The notes under the pieces are model-generated. The model saw only the letters and a list, made by a program, of their open reading frames with translations. It had not been told where the DNA came from and searched no databases. From positions 108,051 through 140,050 of the forward strand of contig JBAZRV010000003.1 of NCBI GenBank assembly GCA_041662745.1: a stretch of 32,000 nucleotides of DNA, in the 5' to 3' direction. The DNA is from Patescibacteria group bacterium. GTDB lineage: Bacteria > Patescibacteriota > Patescibacteriia > 2-01-FULL-39-33. Within the stretch, counting starts at the first letter, position 1. Every line of letters starts with the position of its first letter. This document shows positions 17,707 through 26,006 of the stretch, piece after piece. Made by a program: the position numbers and the translations under genes.

Positions 17707-18447
17707 TTAACACCCCCGCTTGTCTTCCGGTTTGTTGAATTTGGCAAAGCTGGACAGCAGGATCCGTTCAAAATATCCTTTGCAGAAGTTGTACAAGTTT
17801 TCAAACAACCTGATAGCGAATTCCCGCAGGATCGTGCGTGGCAGCGATAGCGGCCACCAGACCCACCAGAAAATCAGCTTCTCCTTGTATTTGTCAAGAT
17901 TGGGTCTGTCGGAGATGCGCTGGAGTTCGCAAATCGTCAGCCATTTGTTTTTTAGCTCTGGAGTGGGGATAACTTGCGTTCCTACGATATTATTCCTTTT
18001 AAGAAATTCATTCAGGAGGGCGCCGTATTCCTCAGCCAAAGAAATACTCAACAATTTTAATTTAATGCTCGCGTAAACCAACCCGATCACGATGTAACCG
18101 AAGAAAATTCCGATAATAACCAGAGGGTTGGCGTAAACGTACCTGAATAAGATTACAAAGGGGTTGAACGCACCCAAAAGCCACATGGCAAAAACACCTA
18201 CCGCAATCAATATCACCGGTGTTTGCCATTCGTCGTCAGTGCAATATAACACCAGAATAATCAGCCAAATAGAGCAATAAATCCAGAAGCCCAAGCCGCC
18301 GAATATGAAAAGGTTGAAGATGGTCCAACTGCTTAAATGCACAAAAAACGACGGTACCGGGGTGTCATTCGCTTGATTGACTACGCAGCCGGACATGGCT
18401 ATCGCGCCCATGGACAATAGCAAGGTCAGTAGCAGAATTTTTTTCAT
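17707..18447 (-). CDS. polytopic membrane protein with a lipoprotein-type signal peptide
   Basis: MKKILLLTLLLSMGAIAMSGC lipobox followed by 4-5 hydrophobic segments. No family recognised. Confidence 0.6.
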   Translation of the reverse strand: MKKILLLTLLLSMGAIAMSGCVVNQANDTPVPSFFVHLSSWTIFNLFIFGGLGFWIYCSIWLIILVLYCTDDEWQTPVILIAVGVFAMWLLGAFNPFVILFRYVYANPLVIIGIFFGYIVIGLVYASIKLKLLSISLAEEYGALLNEFLKRNNIVGTQVIPTPELKNKWLTICELQRISDRPNLDKYKEKLIFWWVWWPLSLPRTILREFAIRLFENLYNFCKGYFERILLSSFAKFNKPEDKRGC

Positions 18448-18679
18448 TTGTCTCTCCTTGTCTGTTTTTACCCTGTTTTTTGACTAATCAGTTTAACTTT
18501 AAAAGAGCATCAATCGCTATTGCCGCTATTTGTTTAACGCATCGTTTTCTCCCTTGATTGTCCTATGTTTTAACGGTAATAATTGAGTTTAGCAAATTTA
18601 TTATATGTTGTCAAACAGTTTCAGACGCTAAATTTGATTTTTTTAAAAATCATTCTTATCTATTAATAACACCATAATT

Positions 18680-19912
18680 TTAAACAGCGTTGTTTCCGGC
18701 GATGTAGCCGGTAGTCCAGCAGACCTGCAAATTGAAGCCGCCTGTCGGTCCGTCCAAATCCAGAATTTCTCCGGCTAAATATAGGTTGGCGATAATTTTT
18801 GAACGCATGGTCTTGGGGTCAACCTCACTGATCTTGACTCCGCCCTTGGTGATCATGGCCTTGTCATAGCCCTCTAATTTATTAATGGTAACTTTAAATT
18901 CCTTAAGTAATGAAAGCAGGGCTTTTCTTTCCGTGCGAGTAACGGCATTAACTTGCTTGGCGGGATTGATTCCGGCTGATTTTAACATAACAGCAATCAG
19001 TTTGGCCGGCGCTAAGCCGTTTAGGGCGTTTTTTACGGTTTTGTTTTGTTGTTTTTGCCAAGATTCCCGAAGATCAGCCTCAAGTTGCTTATTGTTTTTT
19101 AATGGGAAAAAGTCTATGGCGATGGAGGTGCCAGAGTTTAACTTGTCGGTGATTAGCCGGCTTAGGTTGATTGCGGTCGGACCGCTGATGCCGTTAGCGG
19201 TAAAAATCATATCGCCGATTTCCTGATTCAGCAAGTGATTGTTTTGTTTGACTGTTAATTTGATGTTTTTGCAACTCACACCCTCTAATGATCTGACGGT
19301 TTTGTCTCGCAGAATAATCGGGGTTAAAGCCGGCCGCGGCTCTATAATCGTATGCCCCAGTTTTTGCAGCCAGGCGTAGGCATCGCCGGTTGAGCCGGTT
19401 AAGGGGTAGGATTTCCCGCCGGTCGCCAATAAATAATTTTTAGCTGTTATTTCTTCGCCGCTTGCCAAGACAACTTTTTGGATTTTGTTATTTTGGGCAA
19501 TAATTTTTTTGACGGCCGAACCGATCTTTATTTCTATTTGATATTTTTTCAAATCAGCAAGCAAGGCCCCTAAGATGTCTTGCGCCCGATCGCTTCGAGG
19601 CAGAACCCGATTATAGTCCTCTATTTTTGCCTTAACTCCCCTGGCGGCGAAAAAATTAATCGTATCTGCAACATCAAACCTGCTGAAGCCGGATAATAAA
19701 AATTTGCCGTTATCACCATAATAACCGGCCAATGTCTTATGGTTGTCAATTTTATTGGTAAAGTTGCAACGCCCATTGCCGCTCAGCAACAGTTTTATCC
19801 CCGGCTGGCGGTTTTTTTCAATTATAACCGTTTTGGCGCCAAGTTCGCCGGCGCGGTTGGCGGCCATTAGTCCGGCTGGTCCGGCGCCGATTATCATTAA
19901 ATCATAGATCAT
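18680..19912 (-). CDS. HI0933/BaiN-like NAD(P)/FAD-dependent oxidoreductase
   Basis: YDLMIIGAGPAGLMAA dinucleotide-binding motif, about 410 aa, with C-terminal GE.LD.DG.TGG.N.Q. Confidence 0.85.
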   Translation of the reverse strand: MIYDLMIIGAGPAGLMAANRAGELGAKTVIIEKNRQPGIKLLLSGNGRCNFTNKIDNHKTLAGYYGDNGKFLLSGFSRFDVADTINFFAARGVKAKIEDYNRVLPRSDRAQDILGALLADLKKYQIEIKIGSAVKKIIAQNNKIQKVVLASGEEITAKNYLLATGGKSYPLTGSTGDAYAWLQKLGHTIIEPRPALTPIILRDKTVRSLEGVSCKNIKLTVKQNNHLLNQEIGDMIFTANGISGPTAINLSRLITDKLNSGTSIAIDFFPLKNNKQLEADLRESWQKQQNKTVKNALNGLAPAKLIAVMLKSAGINPAKQVNAVTRTERKALLSLLKEFKVTINKLEGYDKAMITKGGVKISEVDPKTMRSKIIANLYLAGEILDLDGPTGGFNLQVCWTTGYIAGNNAV

Positions 19913-20041
19913 ATTGGTGATTATATCATGATTATGATTATTAATAAAAACACCGTTAAAAAATAAAAAGCCGCCTACCGGATTTGTGGGGCTTTGTTAC
20001 GAAATACTTACCCCGTTATGTCGCTCACTATAATTAAATGC

Positions 20042-20077
20042 AAATATAAAAGCGGACATCCCAATGGAATGCCCGCT
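20042..20077 (-). terminator. rho-independent terminator after the dikinase-like gene
   Basis: agcggacat/atgcccgct stem (one mismatch) followed on the minus strand by TTTATATTT. Confidence 0.45.
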
Positions 20078-20090
20078 AAATGAACTACTG

Positions 20091-21860
20091 CTATTTTGGC
20101 AAACTGCCTAATAAATCTTGCAAATACCTGCTGAATTCATTGCGCCACTGGTTTGGTATGTGCCTTGAAACTAAGTCGCGGTTATCAATCACAACCTGCA
20201 AATCGCGCCTGATGCCGTCTAGCCCGCATTCATCAATAATATCTTCTTCAAGCTTGAACGGGTCATAATCTACTGGACTGCCATCTTGGCCAATCGCATA
20301 GTGAATATTGTAGAGAGCGCCGGCCGAATCATTATTGTCTTTATTGGCATCATTGGCTGCCCGTCGCATCGCCATTTTGTACTCCTCAACTTGTACCGGG
20401 GAGTATTTATTACGTTTCGTTTCTTTGGCGATATAAACAAAGCCTTCTTTCGTTTCTCCATCAACCAGTGCCACCGCCTCGGTTTGCCAGACCGAGATGT
20501 CAACCGGGTTGCCGTATTCAACTTGTCCGGCCAGACCGAATAGCGGCGTAGCATCAAACTCAGTGCCGATAAAGAGAATGTCACTGCGCGAGCAGAGCTG
20601 CTGGAAATGCGAAGCTCCCAGCCCCTGGGAGTGATTAACCAGGCGTATTCCTATTTGCAACGCATCCGTCATTTGCCTTGTTGTGTAGTCTATTTGCTTC
20701 TCAATTACCGCGCCGGCATTACTGAAGTGGCGGAAACCGAATTGGACATTAAGGCGCCCTGTTGTTTCATCTCGGTCAATTCCCGCCAGAGCAGAAATCG
20801 CATCCTGGGGTATGATCAAGATATAGTCGGTCAGCCTTTTGTTAAGATTCTCCAGCCGATCGGCCGTAACAGGCGACCAACTATGGACATATACGACGGC
20901 TTGGCAGACATTGCGGCCGGAATTGTAAACATCCGCGCCTTGAGCCAGCAAGAAATACCGATCCTTGTTGACGGTCATATCGCCAGGCAATCGATCTTCA
21001 TAGGGCGCGCATTGGACTATATGGATTTTATCTCCGACCAATACCCACTCTAAACTGAAATCACCATGTTCTTTAAGTTTGGCCAGTTTTTCAAAAAATC
21101 TGCAGAATTCACCAAAATTAATGGAACGATGAATTTCTAAGTACTGACTACTAATTTGGCCGATGTCACCTGTTTGTAATTGAATCGTATCGGCCTTTTT
21201 CAAATCCCAGATGTCTCTATAAAAATGTAACGGCTTATTTGGGTCGGGATCTTGATTATAAATCAGGCCACCACCCTTAACCGCTTGAGTGCCAAGTCCG
21301 ACCACTAACCGAACTGTCGGCAATCCTTGATAGGAAGTGTAAGCCACTCCCGACAAAGACGGTAACCAATAGCCATCAAATTCAAAACCTTGCACCGGCT
21401 GGATGAATATTGCCATCCCGAACGGCGCTTGGTTTTTTTCTCGCCACGCTTTGGCATCCGGCGACAGCTCACTGGCGTAAACCTCGCGTTCTTTCTCCCA
21501 AAGCAATTGCAAATCACGTTCACGATCGCCATTAGGTACAAAAAAAGTTGATTGGTAGATGCCGGTACCGCCCCGCTCGGACAGAGCCGTAGAACGAATA
21601 GCATATGGCTTACCTGTTAACATCCCATTTAAAATATCTCGATTGATTACTGTCAGGAATATTGGGCACTCAACGCCGTTTAGTTGTTCCGGCGAACTTT
21701 CCTCGTTAAGTCCAAGATTATCCAATGTTTCAGCGAAAATATCTGACAGGATTACGATCCCCTCCGGAATATTCATTCCTAAAGAGATAATCAATCCCGC
21801 AAACCGTTCCAAATCCTCAACTTTGCGGCCCTTTGATCCGGTGCCATAGGTTTTGAACAT
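20091..21860 (-). CDS. PEP-utilising-enzyme family phosphotransferase (PPDK_N-like ATP-grasp plus swivel phospho-His domain plus an unknown C-terminal region of about 120 aa)
   Basis: N-terminal half: GSKGRKVEDL..GMNIPEGIVI, YAIRSTALSE..G.YQSTF and HIVQCAPY resemble the pyruvate phosphate dikinase AMP/ATP-binding domain. GLGASHFQQLCSRSDILFIG resembles the GGxxSHxAIxARExGIPxVxG swivel-His motif. AGGAGG SD present. Confidence 0.6.
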   Translation of the reverse strand: MFKTYGTGSKGRKVEDLERFAGLIISLGMNIPEGIVILSDIFAETLDNLGLNEESSPEQLNGVECPIFLTVINRDILNGMLTGKPYAIRSTALSERGGTGIYQSTFFVPNGDRERDLQLLWEKEREVYASELSPDAKAWREKNQAPFGMAIFIQPVQGFEFDGYWLPSLSGVAYTSYQGLPTVRLVVGLGTQAVKGGGLIYNQDPDPNKPLHFYRDIWDLKKADTIQLQTGDIGQISSQYLEIHRSINFGEFCRFFEKLAKLKEHGDFSLEWVLVGDKIHIVQCAPYEDRLPGDMTVNKDRYFLLAQGADVYNSGRNVCQAVVYVHSWSPVTADRLENLNKRLTDYILIIPQDAISALAGIDRDETTGRLNVQFGFRHFSNAGAVIEKQIDYTTRQMTDALQIGIRLVNHSQGLGASHFQQLCSRSDILFIGTEFDATPLFGLAGQVEYGNPVDISVWQTEAVALVDGETKEGFVYIAKETKRNKYSPVQVEEYKMAMRRAANDANKDNNDSAGALYNIHYAIGQDGSPVDYDPFKLEEDIIDECGLDGIRRDLQVVIDNRDLVSRHIPNQWRNEFSRYLQDLLGSLPK

Positions 21861-22000
21861 ATCCGATCCTCCTTGGTTGGTTGTGAATATTTAATGTGAA
21901 TATTTAATAATGTAAGGTGCTTACTTAACGTGTTATATTAGCAGATAACATCAAAAAGTCAAGAGTTTGGTTCTAACGTCCATATCTCATCATCAAATAA

Positions 22001-22025
22001 CGCCGAGAACATGGGGTTCTCGGCG
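22001..22025. terminator. hairpin cgccgagaac-N5-gttctcggcg (same stem as at 30000-30025)
   Basis: Perfect 10-bp stem with T-rich flanks on both strands, downstream of the interrupted gene. Confidence 0.5.
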
Positions 22026-22036
22026 TTTAATTTGTA

Positions 22037-22438
22037 CTAAGCGCCTAAACTTTTCAGATAGGCAATCGCTTCTTCGACCGTCGGCACAATCAAGCCGTAT
22101 TGCGCCAGAGTTTTTTTGGTGAAGTCTGGCTAGACGCTGTCCGGCCAAATCAAGATAATACGTTTAATGGACGGATCTTGCTTGATTTTCTGCTCATGCC
22201 AGCAATAGAAATAGCCAATCTCAGGTCCGATTCCCGGCAGAGGAAAGGAGGGTACCAAGGAGATCATGAATCCTGACTGTTTGATTGCTTTGTGATTTTG
22301 TTCCTAATAGTCATTGCCTTTATACTCTTCCCAATCATAAATTTTCAAATCGGGAAAGGTGGCCTTTATCATTGCCTTATAAGGAAATGGCGCGCGTCTA
22401 TCCGGCGGTCCGCCGAGGAAGATGTCATAGTCCATTAG
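22037..22438 (-). pseudogene. nucleoside 2-deoxyribosyltransferase-like gene interrupted by two in-frame TAG codons
   Basis: A single reading frame gives MDYDIFLGGPP..KGNDY*EQNHKAIKQSGFMISLV..GIGPEIGYFYC..IILIWPDSV*PDFTKKTL..LKSLGA*. The internal stops are at 22304-22306 and 22130-22132. Confidence 0.5.
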
Positions 22439-22715
22439 TTTTCTCCTCATTTGTAAAATACGACTCAACAAATTTTTCAATTTGTTCTTTCGTTTCCGGA
22501 TCAGCGTATACTGCCACCAGAAAATCCGGTCCGCCTCGAGAAAACGGCCTCTGTAATAAACCGTGTCCCTCGGGATAATCAATGACGATTTGCGGCCAAA
22601 GTTCCAAGTTTTCAACCGTTGAGCAAAATGATCCAAGGTCATTAATAAGCTTGATAATTTGGTCAAGGCTAATTCTTCCAACATGGATTCGTTTAGATTT
22701 TTCGCTTTCCAGCAT
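22425..22715 (-). CDS. hypothetical protein (96 aa)
   Basis: GGAGG SD and the consensus promoter at 22775-22803. Its end overlaps the ATG of the next gene (AATGGACTATGA). Confidence 0.5.
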   Translation of the reverse strand: MLESEKSKRIHVGRISLDQIIKLINDLGSFCSTVENLELWPQIVIDYPEGHGLLQRPFSRGGPDFLVAVYADPETKEQIEKFVESYFTNEEKTNGL

Positions 22716-22774
22716 GAGTTTCCTCCTTTGTTTTGTTGGTAAAAAATTGTTAATGAGCAGTATTTATTGTCAGT

Positions 22775-22803
22775 ATCTTAATAAAGTAGTAGTTTTTTGT
22801 CAA
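22775..22803 (-). promoter_or_regulatory. sigma70-like promoter of the 22715-22037 gene pair
   Basis: Minus strand TTGACA (22803-22798), 17 nt spacer, TAAGAT (22780-22775). Confidence 0.5.
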
Positions 22804-22867
22804 TAGTTCTAACATCCACGTTACGGTATCAAAAAACACCCCGATGATGGGGCGTTTTTCATGAACT

Positions 22868-22986
22868 GGGTGTTTATGAACAAATCCGAACCGAATTTCA
22901 ACAAAATTCATGATCGGTCGGGCGGAATTCCCCCCCAAACCCCTCCTTCCGCCCGACCGAAACATCTGGACGGCTGAGGCGGAATT
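22868..22986 (+). repeat. repeat X (left end of the element), 119 bp, perfect inverted partner at 25752-25870
   Basis: Base-by-base comparison of 22868-22986 with the reverse complement of 25752-25870 gives 119/119 identical. It contains a 14-bp-stem hairpin tcggtcgggcggaa/ttccgcccgaccga (22914-22927/22947-22960). Confidence 0.95.
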
Positions 22987-23029
22987 GCAATTTCCAATTT
23001 TTCTTTGGCGGCGGAATTTTTAATTAGTA

Positions 23030-23596
23030 TTATATACAAATTATACTTTTGAGATAAGTGAATATCACACTATGGGCGTATAAAAATAATAAAAAAGCTA
23101 ACAATATTAATACGATTGAAATCACCCGCATTTTAGAATAATCTACTAGTAAAAATTTTGGCACCTCATAAGTATTATTATCTATACAGTGATCATATAT
23201 TTTCAAAATATTATTTTTATTAATTACTTTTTTATCATTCTTGTCTATTGGATAAATCTGTCGATTATCAATTTTTATAATCGACATGGAATAAGTGTCC
23301 GTTTCTAATATACTATTAAAATATATATAAGTTTCGATTTTTCTTCCGCGATATATTCCGGATATAATATTCGACGCAGACTCACCAATAGGATTAATCT
23401 CTCTGAAATACTGAAATTTTAAATTATGCTTTTTTGCCCATATTCTTTCTTCGATACTTTTTAAAAAGCGGTAAAGGTACCATAAAAATACAAGGATAGA
23501 CAAAGACAACACTAAAGACGCGATAGCCAGAACTGGCTCACGTACATCAGAATCTAATGTTTTTGTAAAATAACAAACTAGTGGCGTAATTGACAT
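23030..23596 (-). CDS. membrane protein with N- and C-terminal TM segments (188 aa), AT-rich cargo
   Basis: ORF with hydrophobic segments at both ends. It lies 4 nt from the upstream gene's stop. No family recognised. Confidence 0.55.
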   Translation of the reverse strand: MSITPLVCYFTKTLDSDVREPVLAIASLVLSLSILVFLWYLYRFLKSIEERIWAKKHNLKFQYFREINPIGESASNIISGIYRGRKIETYIYFNSILETDTYSMSIIKIDNRQIYPIDKNDKKVINKNNILKIYDHCIDNNTYEVPKFLLVDYSKMRVISIVLILLAFLLFLYAHSVIFTYLKSIICI

Positions 23597-23599
23597 AAT

Positions 23600-24511
23600 T
23601 TAATTTAGATGTAGCCCAAAATTTGCCCCAAGACTAATGCATTCATCTTTTGCTTCTTGAGTTTTTGCCTTATTGCATTGACTTAAATCAGAATTATAGT
23701 GCTTCATAATCACCCAAAGGTAACACAATCCAGCCTTGCTTTGTAGCTTAACGTAATCACACATTGAGAGATCGCTAATATTTCCATTAGTTGCTCGGTT
23801 GACGATGCAATAATCTCTGTAGCCATCTGGTATATCAAGGCAATTTATTGGATTGTCATTCATTATGCCAGCGGAAGAAACAATCATATTATAACAATCT
23901 CCAATATTAGACTTATTACTAATTTTAGAGCAAAGAGAAAAATTACTATCTAGGTTATTACTAATAACCCAGCCATAACAATCACCAGAATTATATTTAG
24001 TGTCTGGCCCACCGTGAGTCGTTACCCCGCCTTGGATTTTATCGCAGTAACTTATTTTATCAGCATCTAAAACCCCACTACTAGCGTTTGTCATAATTGT
24101 TTGCTGACAATTCAAATCACAATTATTTTCAGTTTGCCAATAAGTGCATTTTCCTGAACAGCAGTTACACTGTTCGCTATATAACGATTGCATTTTTTGT
24201 CCTTGACAGTACATATATTTAAAGCAGCATTCGCCATTTTGATCGCCACAACCTTTATTTAAATCACCTAATAAGGCCACTGGTTTTGTAATTGGATTTG
24301 CAGTAGAATTCGGAGTAGCCACAACCGTCTTTGGTGTAGCACTTGGTGCTTTGGTAACTACTTGATTCTGTGCGGGAGCAGTTTGAGCGGCACCCTGCTC
24401 TTTTACTGGTTCTGGCTGTGCCTGATTTTGTTCAACTTTGGAAGCTCCAAGAGAGCACCCAGTCAGCAATATGGCGAGGCCAAGGGCTGAAAACACTAAA
24501 AGTTTTTTCAT
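23600..24511 (-). CDS. secreted Cys-rich repeat lipoprotein (303 aa)
   Basis: Lipobox MKKLLVFSALGLAILLTGC, then a Pro/Gln/Ala/Thr linker, then a Cys-dense module (CGDQNGECCFKYMYC..CNCCSGKC). These are followed by about 5 repeats of the pattern C-x8-12-(D)CY-x2-V/I-x8-12. Confidence 0.7.
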   Translation of the reverse strand: MKKLLVFSALGLAILLTGCSLGASKVEQNQAQPEPVKEQGAAQTAPAQNQVVTKAPSATPKTVVATPNSTANPITKPVALLGDLNKGCGDQNGECCFKYMYCQGQKMQSLYSEQCNCCSGKCTYWQTENNCDLNCQQTIMTNASSGVLDADKISYCDKIQGGVTTHGGPDTKYNSGDCYGWVISNNLDSNFSLCSKISNKSNIGDCYNMIVSSAGIMNDNPINCLDIPDGYRDYCIVNRATNGNISDLSMCDYVKLQSKAGLCYLWVIMKHYNSDLSQCNKAKTQEAKDECISLGANFGLHLN

Positions 24512-24534
24512 AATTTTTAATTTTTATTCTAAAT

Positions 24535-25335
24535 TTACGTTGTCATTTTCAACTCAAACTCTTTGAGTTTTTCAGAGTCATATTTATCATTAATGCGAGT
24601 CAGAATATCAAATATTCCTTTCCATAAACAAATACTAAACATCAATGGATAAAGAAAAATGAATAATGTTTGATATTCATAGCCAATATAGGCACGCAAG
24701 AATATGAATATTATCGCGGCTGGAAATATGGCAAACATAGCAGAAAAAGCAGACATCATAATAACTAATATTCTAACGAGCGCTGGATTGATCTGGTTCA
24801 ATACGATATTAAATAAATATTCTTCTTGGTTCTTGATTAAGTTTGATGACAAAAAAGCTTTAACCTTTTTCATAACACCTGACTGCATGGATTTAACCGT
24901 CAAATAGCCTTCTTGAATTGCAAAATAAATTAAATTTCCAAAAACTATATATGGACTTTTTAACGGATAATGTAAAATAACTCCACTAATAGAATAATGC
25001 TGGCCACTAGATATTGCAACAATAATAAAATAAGCGAATAGAGTGATGCCACCCACAAGAAGAATTGTGACTGGAGCGTAAATAAAAACTTCTCCCCATC
25101 TAAAATAAAATATTTTAAATAAACAATAAATAGCTAAAATCACCGTCTCAAATAAATAAACAAAAAACAAAGTATAAAAATCGTAGTAATTAAAAATTAC
25201 TCCCAAAAACGGTATAAAATTATAAGTCAATATATAAAAAGATTTGAGCGAAAAAAAGTCCTTAACAAATCGGCTAAACCCCATTTTGAGTAATGGCCAA
25301 AATTCTGAAGACTTTATGGCTGGTGGGTGATACAT
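24535..25335 (-). CDS. polytopic membrane protein (266 aa), AT-rich cargo
   Basis: About 7 hydrophobic segments rich in Phe/Ile/Tyr. No family recognised. Confidence 0.6.
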   Translation of the reverse strand: MYHPPAIKSSEFWPLLKMGFSRFVKDFFSLKSFYILTYNFIPFLGVIFNYYDFYTLFFVYLFETVILAIYCLFKIFYFRWGEVFIYAPVTILLVGGITLFAYFIIVAISSGQHYSISGVILHYPLKSPYIVFGNLIYFAIQEGYLTVKSMQSGVMKKVKAFLSSNLIKNQEEYLFNIVLNQINPALVRILVIMMSAFSAMFAIFPAAIIFIFLRAYIGYEYQTLFIFLYPLMFSICLWKGIFDILTRINDKYDSEKLKEFELKMTT

Positions 25336-25386
25336 AAGTAGTAAATTGTTTATATTATAGCAAAAACTACATTCAAAAACAATAAA

Positions 25387-25593
25387 CTATTTTAGCAGTT
25401 CCCACGCTTCTACTCCTAAAGCATGAGCTAATTTGTTTAAATTTTCAAGCGTAGGATTAATATGTCCGCTTTCTACTCGACAGATATACGCACGGTCAAT
25501 TTTACTGGAACGAAAAACATCGCCTTGAGTCAGGCCTTTATCTTCCCTTATCTTCTTAAAATTATACGCTAATTTTTTACTTAATTTATGCAT
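25387..25593 (-). CDS. XRE/Cro-type helix-turn-helix transcriptional regulator (68 aa)
   Basis: IREDKGLTQGDVFRSSKIDRAYICRVESGHINPTLENLNKLAHALGV is a classic HTH_3 pattern. Start set at ATG 25593 because the track start is a TTG. Confidence 0.85.
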   Translation of the reverse strand: MHKLSKKLAYNFKKIREDKGLTQGDVFRSSKIDRAYICRVESGHINPTLENLNKLAHALGVEAWELLK

Positions 25594-25674
25594 AGTTATC
25601 CACAGGTATTTTACCAATTATTGTATATTTAAACAATATTGCTGTATACTACAATATAGATGCTTGATTTAGCA

Positions 25675-25701
25675 TTAAGAAAAAGAAAAAGTTTGATTTT
25701 G
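25675..25701 (+). repeat. repeat W (20 bp perfect core at 25679-25698), inverted partner at 25967-25993
   Basis: gaaaaagaaaaagtttgatt at 25679-25698 equals the reverse complement of 25970-25989. One copy lies upstream of the XRE gene and the other 17 nt upstream of the recombinase ATG. Confidence 0.85.
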
Positions 25702-25703
25702 TC

Positions 25704-25733
25704 CAAAATAAAGTTCGAGCCGATTTTTTTAAT
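25704..25733 (-). repeat. repeat Z' (30 bp), perfect inverted copy of recombinase coding sequence 27333-27362
   Basis: The reverse complement of 25704-25733 is attaaaaaaatcggctcgaactttattttg, identical to 27333-27362. Confidence 0.9.
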
Positions 25734-25751
25734 CTGGTTCTTTGGCGGTTT

Positions 25752-25870
25752 AATTCCGCCTCAGCCGTCCAGATGTTTCGGTCGGGCGGAAGGAGGGGTT
25801 TGGGGGGGAATTCCGCCCGACCGATCATGAATTTTGTTGAAATTCGGTTCGGATTTGTTCATAAACACCC
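25752..25870 (-). repeat. repeat X' (inverted copy of X)
   Basis: See X: 119/119 identity in inverted orientation. Confidence 0.95.
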
Positions 25871-25944
25871 AGCCAGTTCAATTTTTTCGAATTCAAAACC
25901 GAATTCCAACCGTTTTTTGGCTTAAATTCAAATTTTTTACCTTG
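25871..25944 (-). repeat. repeat Y' (74 bp), inverted copy of the recombinase 3' coding end 27363-27436
   Basis: 73/74 identical. The single difference (27368 C versus T) is a synonymous GGC/GGT change in the recombinase reading frame. Confidence 0.9.
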
Positions 25945-25966
25945 GTTCCGATTACTATCGGAACGC

Positions 25967-25993
25967 CAGAATCAAACTTTTTCTTTTTCTTTA
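25967..25993 (-). repeat. repeat W' (inverted copy of W) immediately upstream of the recombinase gene
   Basis: See W. It is preceded by a perfect palindrome gttccgat-tact-atcggaac (25945-25964). Confidence 0.85.
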
Positions 25994-26006
25994 ATTCAAT
26001 CTAATT

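Noticed and set aside
20081-20090. tgaactactg just before the dikinase-like gene stop, considered as another copy of the TGAACTGG recombination core
   Set aside because: Only 6 nt match and none of the flanking dyad arms (GTTGGAATTCGGTT/AACCGAATTTCAAC) are present. It is probably coincidence.
22130-22306. Genome-wide TAG reassignment as the explanation for the in-frame TAGs
   Set aside because: TAG is the natural terminator of several well-delimited ORFs in the same window: the GT2 gene, the dikinase-like gene, the XRE gene and both recombinases. The only tRNA here is a normal tRNA-Gln(UUG). Nonsense mutation is the simpler reading.
22750-22965. 71-aa minus-strand ORF starting inside repeat X, and its 50-aa twin on the plus strand at 25773-25925
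   Set aside because: The shared N-terminus (MFRSGGRRGLGGNSARP...) is just the translation of the GC-rich hairpin inside the repeat. It has no SD, and the two copies diverge as soon as they leave the repeat.
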